In this document: positions 57,198 to 64,000 of the stretch, piece by piece | How the letters are laid out: every line of letters starts with the position of its first letter | Numbering within the stretch: position 1 is the stretch's first letter | Source of the DNA: Schmidtea polychroa | Lineage: Eukaryota | Direction: 5' to 3' | Length of the DNA stretch: 64,000 nucleotides | Assembly (NCBI GenBank): GCA_044892525.1 | Contig: CM097885.1 | Location: 5,458,001 to 5,522,000, forward strand | The notes under the pieces: generated by a model | What the model saw: only the letters and a program-made list of their open reading frames with translations | Told to the model about the DNA's origin: nothing | Databases searched by the model: none | Position numbers and translations under genes: made by a program

Positions 57198-58703
57198 CGT
57201 CAGATATTATTTTCCAAAATAACAATGGTAATTTCTTAAAATTAGTTGAACTATTCTCTAAATTTGATATGGTTATGGAAAACCATCTCGCAAAAATTCA
57301 TAATACTCAAAAGGACACAGTGCATTATTTATTAAAAAATATTCAAAACGAAATAATATCCTTAATTTCAAAAAAAATAGTCTACGCTATTGTCGAGATG
57401 GTGACAAATGCCAAATATTTTTCCATAATATTAGATTGCACTCCTGATATCAGTCACACTGAACAAATGGCTATTATTATCAGATTTGTCCATAAAAACA
57501 AAAGCAATCAAATTACTGTAGAAGAACATTTTTGGGGTTTCGTAGAAATAGCTGATTCTACTGGCGAAGGTTTGTTTAAAAGCATATTTGATAAGTTAGA
57601 AGATTTAAATATAAATTAAAAAAACTTACGTGGACAGGGCTATGATAATGACTCTAACATGCGTGGTAAACACAACGGTGTTCAAAAACGCATTTTGGAT
57701 AAGAACCCTCGAGTATTTTTTGTACAATGCGCAGCTCACACATTTAATCCAGTAGTATGTGATGCTGCTAAAGTTAATACAGAAACTATAATTTTTTTAG
57801 GCATTATACAAGAACTTTATAAGTTTTTTATAATTTATATATATTAGATTTCTGTTTATTTTTTTTGATGAATTAATGTTTAATTATACAGTAAATCTTT
57901 TTGATAATAAAATTATAATACTTTATTGTGAAATTTGAGTTTTATTTCTGACATAATTTCCTATAAAAAGCGCTTAACAGAAAGTTGCATAGGGTCGCCA
58001 ACACCGCTAGAGCCGGGCCTGATTAGTGGGGTTCTAGGTGGCCTAAAGGGGTAATAAGGAATACCAAATAATGACAATATATAAGTATAATGACAAATTG
58101 TAATGAGCACTTTTTTGAAATGTATTTATTATAAATATTATTAGAAATATTATTTTATTATTAAAATAAATATTATTAGAAAAATTATTAGAAATCTTAT
58201 GATAAATATTATAATAAATTATAAATATAAATATTTTAAAAACCATTTTATCCTTATAAATTAATATTTTTTAAAATTTTCTAATAAATATTTTTTTTGA
58301 AATTTAAAGTATTAAAATTAATTTTAAAAATTGTTATGTAATTGCTGATGGAAAATTGAAACAAAAAAATAAAATTACTATAAATATAAAATTTCAATAT
58401 AATTTTATACCAAGTGAGATTTGGAATTATAATTTATTGAAATGCTGGCCCGAATAATTCTTAATCACAATTATAAATAATATTATAAAAATATAAATAT
58501 TATTATTAAATTATATATTTTTAAAATAAATTGAAAAATCTTCAAATATTTACATATAAAAAGTCGAGATTAAATTATTAATAAATATTAATTAATTTAA
58601 ATTTTAATTTTATAAATTATTTTAAATATGAGAAAATTTGTAAATATTTGTTTGAATATATTTAATTGTTATTTCATATTTAACATTTGACATCCTCTCA
58701 ACA

Positions 58704-60323
58704 ATGCCTCCGAAATTTCTTACAAAATCCGAAAGGAAAACATTGGAAGAAGAACAAGATCAACAATTGATCAGTTGCATCAAATTGTCCCATAATTTTG
58801 TCAACAAAACCGAAGATCAAAGCGCACCAATGAAATCATTTGCACTTGAAAATTTGAACATGACGATCCTTGAAAAGGTTTTGCTCAAAGATTCAACTAT
58901 CACAATTGAACATGGGAAAAGATATGGTCTTATTGGTAGCAATGGATCCGGTAAATCTATCCTATTCAAAGCCATTCAAATGGGCTTATTCGACTTTCCA
59001 AAGGATTACACAATCGGAATTGTCGAAGAAGAATGTCTTGCTGATGGAACTAAAGTTGTCGAATGCTTTGTTGGTAAAGATGAAGTTGAAGATTTCATGG
59101 TGAGATTTGCTGACGTGAAAAGCAGAGCTGTCAACAAGAAGAACAAAGATGTTGAAGTACCGAAACTCGTGAAAATATTAGATGGAATGGGATTTACTGC
59201 TGAAAAGATGAATGACCACGTTGGTAATTTATCTGGTGGTTGGAGAATGAAGATTAGTTTGGCAACTGTTCTGATGGCTGAACCAGATCTTTTACTTTTA
59301 GATGAACCAACTAACATGTTGGACGATAGAACAATCAAATGGTTGTCGGGATTTTTGAAAGAATGGAAGACAAATTTATTTTTCATTTCTCATGACGGAG
59401 GCTTTTTATCTAACGTTGCAACGGATTTGTTATCGATTGAAAATAAAACTGTCGTACATTATGCTTGCAAATACTACGAATGGTTGAGGAATCAAGAACT
59501 CGACAGAGATAAAGTTAGAAATCAAATCCAAGAACAAAAGGCACAGAAAGCTGAATTGATGGAATACATAAAAAAGTTCGAAAAGACAAAAAAGAAAGAA
59601 GTCGCTGCTAAAAGACAACAAATAAAAAAGATGCCCGTCATTGATGAAAGCATTCTAGAACCGAGAGAAATCTGGAGATTTCCCGCTTGCTTGAAAATCA
59701 AGTGCGCTACAATTGAAACGAATGAAATGGGATTCAGTTTTGGTCCCGCTAAAGAAATATTTAGAAACATCACATTACGCGTTCAACCCGATTCTAAAAT
59801 CTGCATCCTCGGAGACAACGGTTGCGGTAAAACTACTCTATTGAAGATCTTCATGAAAATCCTCAAACCCACCAATGGAAACATGTTCTTAAATGATCGA
59901 ACAAATGTCGGCTACTTCAGCCAGCATTACGTCGACCATTTGGAACTGGATAAATCAGCAATTGAAATTATGCAGATCCGAGTTCCCAACTGCAAACTCG
60001 AAACTTATCAAAGTCATTTGTTGAAATTCGGAATCACAAGTGAAGATTGGAACATTCCCGTCAGATGTTTATCATCGGGACAAAAGTCAAGAGTAGCTTT
60101 CTCCACTATTTACATGCAGAAGCCTAACTTTTTGATTTTCGATGAACCGACAAGTCATTTGGATAAAGATGGAACTGAAGCTTTAGAAGATGCTTTGAGG
60201 AAATTCAAAGGAGGAGTTATTGTTGTTACTCACGATGGAAGGATGATGTCAAATGTTTGCAAGGATTTGTGGTACATCCAGAACAGAACTGTCAGCGTTG
60301 TTGAGGACGGCTGTATGATATAA
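58704..60323 (+). CDS. ABC-F family ATPase (ABCF3/GCN20-like), intronless
   Basis: Two NBDs: GSNGSGKS, LSGGWRM, LLDEPTN; GDNGCGKT, LSSGQK, FDEPT; no TM segments. Confidence 0.9.
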   Translation: MPPKFLTKSERKTLEEEQDQQLISCIKLSHNFVNKTEDQSAPMKSFALENLNMTILEKVLLKDSTITIEHGKRYGLIGSNGSGKSILFKAIQMGLFDFPKDYTIGIVEEECLADGTKVVECFVGKDEVEDFMVRFADVKSRAVNKKNKDVEVPKLVKILDGMGFTAEKMNDHVGNLSGGWRMKISLATVLMAEPDLLLLDEPTNMLDDRTIKWLSGFLKEWKTNLFFISHDGGFLSNVATDLLSIENKTVVHYACKYYEWLRNQELDRDKVRNQIQEQKAQKAELMEYIKKFEKTKKKEVAAKRQQIKKMPVIDESILEPREIWRFPACLKIKCATIETNEMGFSFGPAKEIFRNITLRVQPDSKICILGDNGCGKTTLLKIFMKILKPTNGNMFLNDRTNVGYFSQHYVDHLELDKSAIEIMQIRVPNCKLETYQSHLLKFGITSEDWNIPVRCLSSGQKSRVAFSTIYMQKPNFLIFDEPTSHLDKDGTEALEDALRKFKGGVIVVTHDGRMMSNVCKDLWYIQNRTVSVVEDGCMI

Positions 60324-63300
60324 ATATATATTTCGAAAAATTATTTTATTATTTCCCCTGTTTACCTTGTAAACAATTATATATTATATCTTTTTATATT
60401 ATTTTTGATTTTGGTCAAGTATGAAATGTCAAGTATGAAGTTCTACAAAAGATCCGGGAGTCCCTTTGGTGTTCCATATTAAGAATAATCGAAAACACAT
60501 CTGACTTAAATGGCACTTAAAAATCAATAAAATTTATTTTAAAAAAGACGCCAAAAATTTTGACCTTGAAAAAAAATGAAGGGGGTAGCTCGATAACTCA
60601 TATGGCGGGAATTTAAAATTTTAAATCATATTGAGTTTCGAACGTGATTTTAACCGTCTTTTTCAAAAGTTACGAAAATGGTTTCTTTAAGAAAAATGTA
60701 CTTCACTCAAAGTTCTAACAATAAAGTAAAATTTACAGAGTTTTGCATGATAAGGTTCTGGTACATTTAAGGTACAAAATATTTGTTTTTTTGTATTCTT
60801 GACCATTTTCCAATAAATATTTGAACAAGTCCTGGTCAGTAAAGTTGTAGGGCTTGTAATTCTCCATATTTTACAAAAAGAAAATTTTTAAATATCTCAA
60901 ATAATCTTTTCCTAGTCAAGTTTCTCTCTTTGAAAAATTTAAAATTTTCGCCAGAAAAATCTTGAAGAAATACAAAAATTTTGTGATCAGCAAAGATGTA
61001 GGTGACGTCACCTTCTATATTTTAGTAGAAATAATATTTTGAAAATCTCAAACTCCCGCGCTACAGTGAGATAAAACAAAAAAGTAAAAATTCACTTTTA
61101 AATCAATATGTGCACTTTTTAATCAATAATTGCACATTTAAATCAATACTTGAATTTCTAATTTGAAAATTTTGCACTTAAAAATCAATAAATGCACTTT
61201 AAAATCAATAATCGCGAATTGACCTTGAAAAAAATGTGCGGGTAAAGTAAGGGGCTCTGTTGCTAACTAGTGTGCGGTAATTAATATGGTGGCGTAAGGG
61301 GCTAAGATCTACCTACTTATGGGGGTGTCGAAATAGGAAATATTTACAAAAATTAAAATGAAATAAAAATGAGTAATTTAATGTAAAACTCGAGTTAGTG
61401 AAGAAAACTAGAGATAAAATAGATTCAGACTGTATTAAATAATTAGGCAAAACTACTATAGAAATAAATGAATTGCCCGAAAGCCTGAAAACTTCGAATT
61501 GAAAACAAATTAAGTTGGTGTAGGGAAGCATGGAGAGAAAGACGCCAAAAATGAAATATTGAATTTGGTTGGTAAAGAATGTTATGTGGAAGTTGAAAGA
61601 TTCCTAAAGATTTAATTAGAAATTTTGTTCAATTTAAAAAATATTTTTGAGTGTAAAATTTTTTTTTTTTTTTGAGTGTAAAATTTATTGAATAAAATTT
61701 TTGAGTGTAAAATTTATTGAATAAAATTTATGGAATTATCTAGTGATTTGCAAACAGATATTAATGTTATAACGGTGAGAATCCTAATAAATTTAATTAC
61801 AGGGCTAGCATAAAAAGAATAGGCAAGTCAACAGATCTGTCAGGCGGTCGAAGAAACATTTAACAAATTCAGATGGCAATTAGATACATTTTAAAACTTA
61901 GTGATAACCAAATTAATTTGAGTCTTTGTGTAATAGAAATGAGAGATCGTCATTGGAAAACTTATCCCAATGCCTAGACTGAAATTGTTATTGAAAATTG
62001 TGTAGAAATAAAAATGTCAATGAAATTGGAATTTTGGTATTAAATTGTGTAAACAAACAAGAATGTAACTGAGGTGATTTCGAATACATATTATTAGGTT
62101 AGGTTTAAGTAAGGACATCGAGGAGTCCGATATTGATACCGACTTATATAAATACCAAACATTTATAGGAATTCAATTACATATTCAACCTTTCCAAAGT
62201 AGCCACCCACATCAATGGCTACAAAGAAATAAATAGGAATGGATTGAAATGACAATGAAGGATAAATATCGGATGCAATTAGACTTCGAGGTTGTTGTAG
62301 TGGAATTGAACAGGTAATTATAGAATACCTACACCTGGGCTCATAGTTATGAATAAAAGACAACAAAAGTCACATAATCTTAAGTTCGTAAGTATGTATA
62401 TGACTAACACAGAATGTTTCTGATCTGACAAAGATCTATTAGTTTCTCAAATAACAACTCAACTCGTTTTTCATATAAACATTATTTGAAAATTATAAAT
62501 ACAGTATATGAATTAGAAATTTAGACAATATAAAATATGTATCCCAAAAAGTTGTCGCGATAAAAGCTAAAGCACAGATATCATTTATACATATCGTCCT
62601 CAGATATTTATAAGACGGCGAATGCAGGATCCTAATTTATCAACAGCAGGCTCAATGGTGAAAGGAAAAAGATTAGGTATGCCCGAAGTTTAACGCGATC
62701 GATTACTATCCAGAAATGATAGTAACGTTTACCAAAATGACAACCTCTAATATTCTAATTATTCGACACACGCAATGTAGTTTCTCCAGAAAACTGTTTC
62801 AATTATTACCCAATTTAGCTTTGATCCCAAGCCCTACTCAAAACTGTTACAATTGATTTAATGGATTACTCGATAATCAATTTATGTTTTGGTAAAACGG
62901 CTTTTTGCAATTTAAAATAAATATATAAATGGGTAAAGTAACGCGTAAAACGCTAATTACCTCCTGATTATGAAACCATTCTTCTAGCAGCAAATTTCGA
63001 ACAAGTAAAAGTAATTCTAATTTTCACGAAAATTTCCTCGTTTAAATATGTTTTCTAGATTGTTGGCTGCCTGCTGTCGTCTATGAAAATCGATATTGCC
63101 AATCTGTTAATATTTATTCTGTGCAAAATTACTTTCTCGTTCTTCGCTAATATACGCTTGACCTTCTGTCTCAAATTATGATTTCTTTTGTACTAAATGC
63201 TAAATTGACTGACTCACCTAAATTTTAAATAATTGTTTTTTATTTATATTATTTAAACTGATTTTATTTATATTAATATTATTTCTATTTAAATTACTAT

Positions 63301-63495
63301 TTATATATTCTATTTATTTATAATTGTTTTCTTATTCTTATTACTTCTATTTATATTTTTATCTATTTAGATTGGCTATTTTAAATGACCAATATCCTTC
63401 CAATGACACTACCTAAGCAAGCCCCAAGCGAGCTCAGACCCAACCCTAAAAATAATAACAATTAAAAGGCCGTAATTATTTATCTAAACATTTAT

Positions 63496-63802
63496 TTATA
63501 TCATACAGCCGTCCTCGACAACGCTGACAGTTCTGTTCTGGATGTACCACAAATCCTTGCAAACATTTGACATCATCCTTCCATCGTGAGTAACAACAAT
63601 AACTCCTCCTTTGAATTTCCTCAAAGCATCTTCTAAAGCTTCAGTTCCATCTTTATCCAAATGACTTGTCGGTTCATCGAAAATCAAAAAGTTAGGCTTC
63701 TGCATGTAAATAGTGGAGAAAGCTACTCTTGACTTTTGTCCCGATGATAAACATCTGACCGGAATGTTCCAATCTTCACTTGTGATTCCGAATTTCAACA
63801 AA
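63496..63802 (-). pseudogene. Inverted partial duplicate of the ABCF 3' end
   Basis: Translation matches the last 101 codons of 58704-60323; joined to an inverted copy of ~62005-62202. Confidence 0.9.
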
Positions 63803-64000
63803 CTACTTTGGAAAGGTTGAATATGTAATTGAATTCCTATAAATGTTTGGTATTTATATAAGTCGGTATCAATATCGGACTCCTCGATGTCCTTACTTAA
63901 ACCTAACCTAATAATATGTATTCGAAATAACCTCAGTTACATTCTTGTTTGTTTACACAATTTAATACCAAAATTCCAATTTCATTGACATTTTTATTTC

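Noticed and set aside
58022..58060. AATAAGGA at 58053-58060 matching 3312-3319 as the outer hAT TSD
   Set aside because: It is 31 bp from the TIR, so it cannot be called a TSD with confidence
60500..61320. Short repeats GCACTT.AAAATCAATAA and TGACCTTGAAAAAAA resembling Polinton TIR motifs
   Set aside because: No termini, TSD or coding sequence found to define an element

Overview
AT-rich eukaryotic (animal-like) DNA with 41-55 bp GT-AG introns and (TAA)n microsatellites; the host cannot be identified from this window. About 52 kb is a nest of Polinton/Maverick-type endogenous viruses that can be unstacked from termini and 6-bp target-site duplications (TSDs). A decayed hAT transposon (3320-58021) holds defective Polinton P1 (4287-55828, TSD TAAGAT). 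The pPolB gene of P1 is split by two further insertions 469 bp apart. The first is a near-complete 19.1-kb Polinton P2 (8254-27378, TSD AACAGC) carrying pPolB, protease, major and minor capsid proteins, integrase, ATPase, core proteins, and TBP-like, Bcl-2-like and RING genes. The second is a 21.6-kb composite (27848-49455, TSD CACCAT) made of a 6.2-kb segment P3 with only a divergent, intron-rich pPolB, a 156-bp hairpin cassette, and an internally deleted Polinton P4. P4 contains a pol-less LTR retroelement carrying decayed galactosyltransferase and GPCR-like sequence. P1 also carries a Merlin transposon in an intron. The ORF track misses many spliced genes, notably a multi-exon acidic leader that splices onto pPolB. 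Three of the four Polinton units keep pPolB but lack integrase and intact capsid genes, which suggests a helper/satellite system (inference). An ABCF ATPase gene and an inverted partial copy lie at the right end. All protein family calls come from motif recognition, not database searches.
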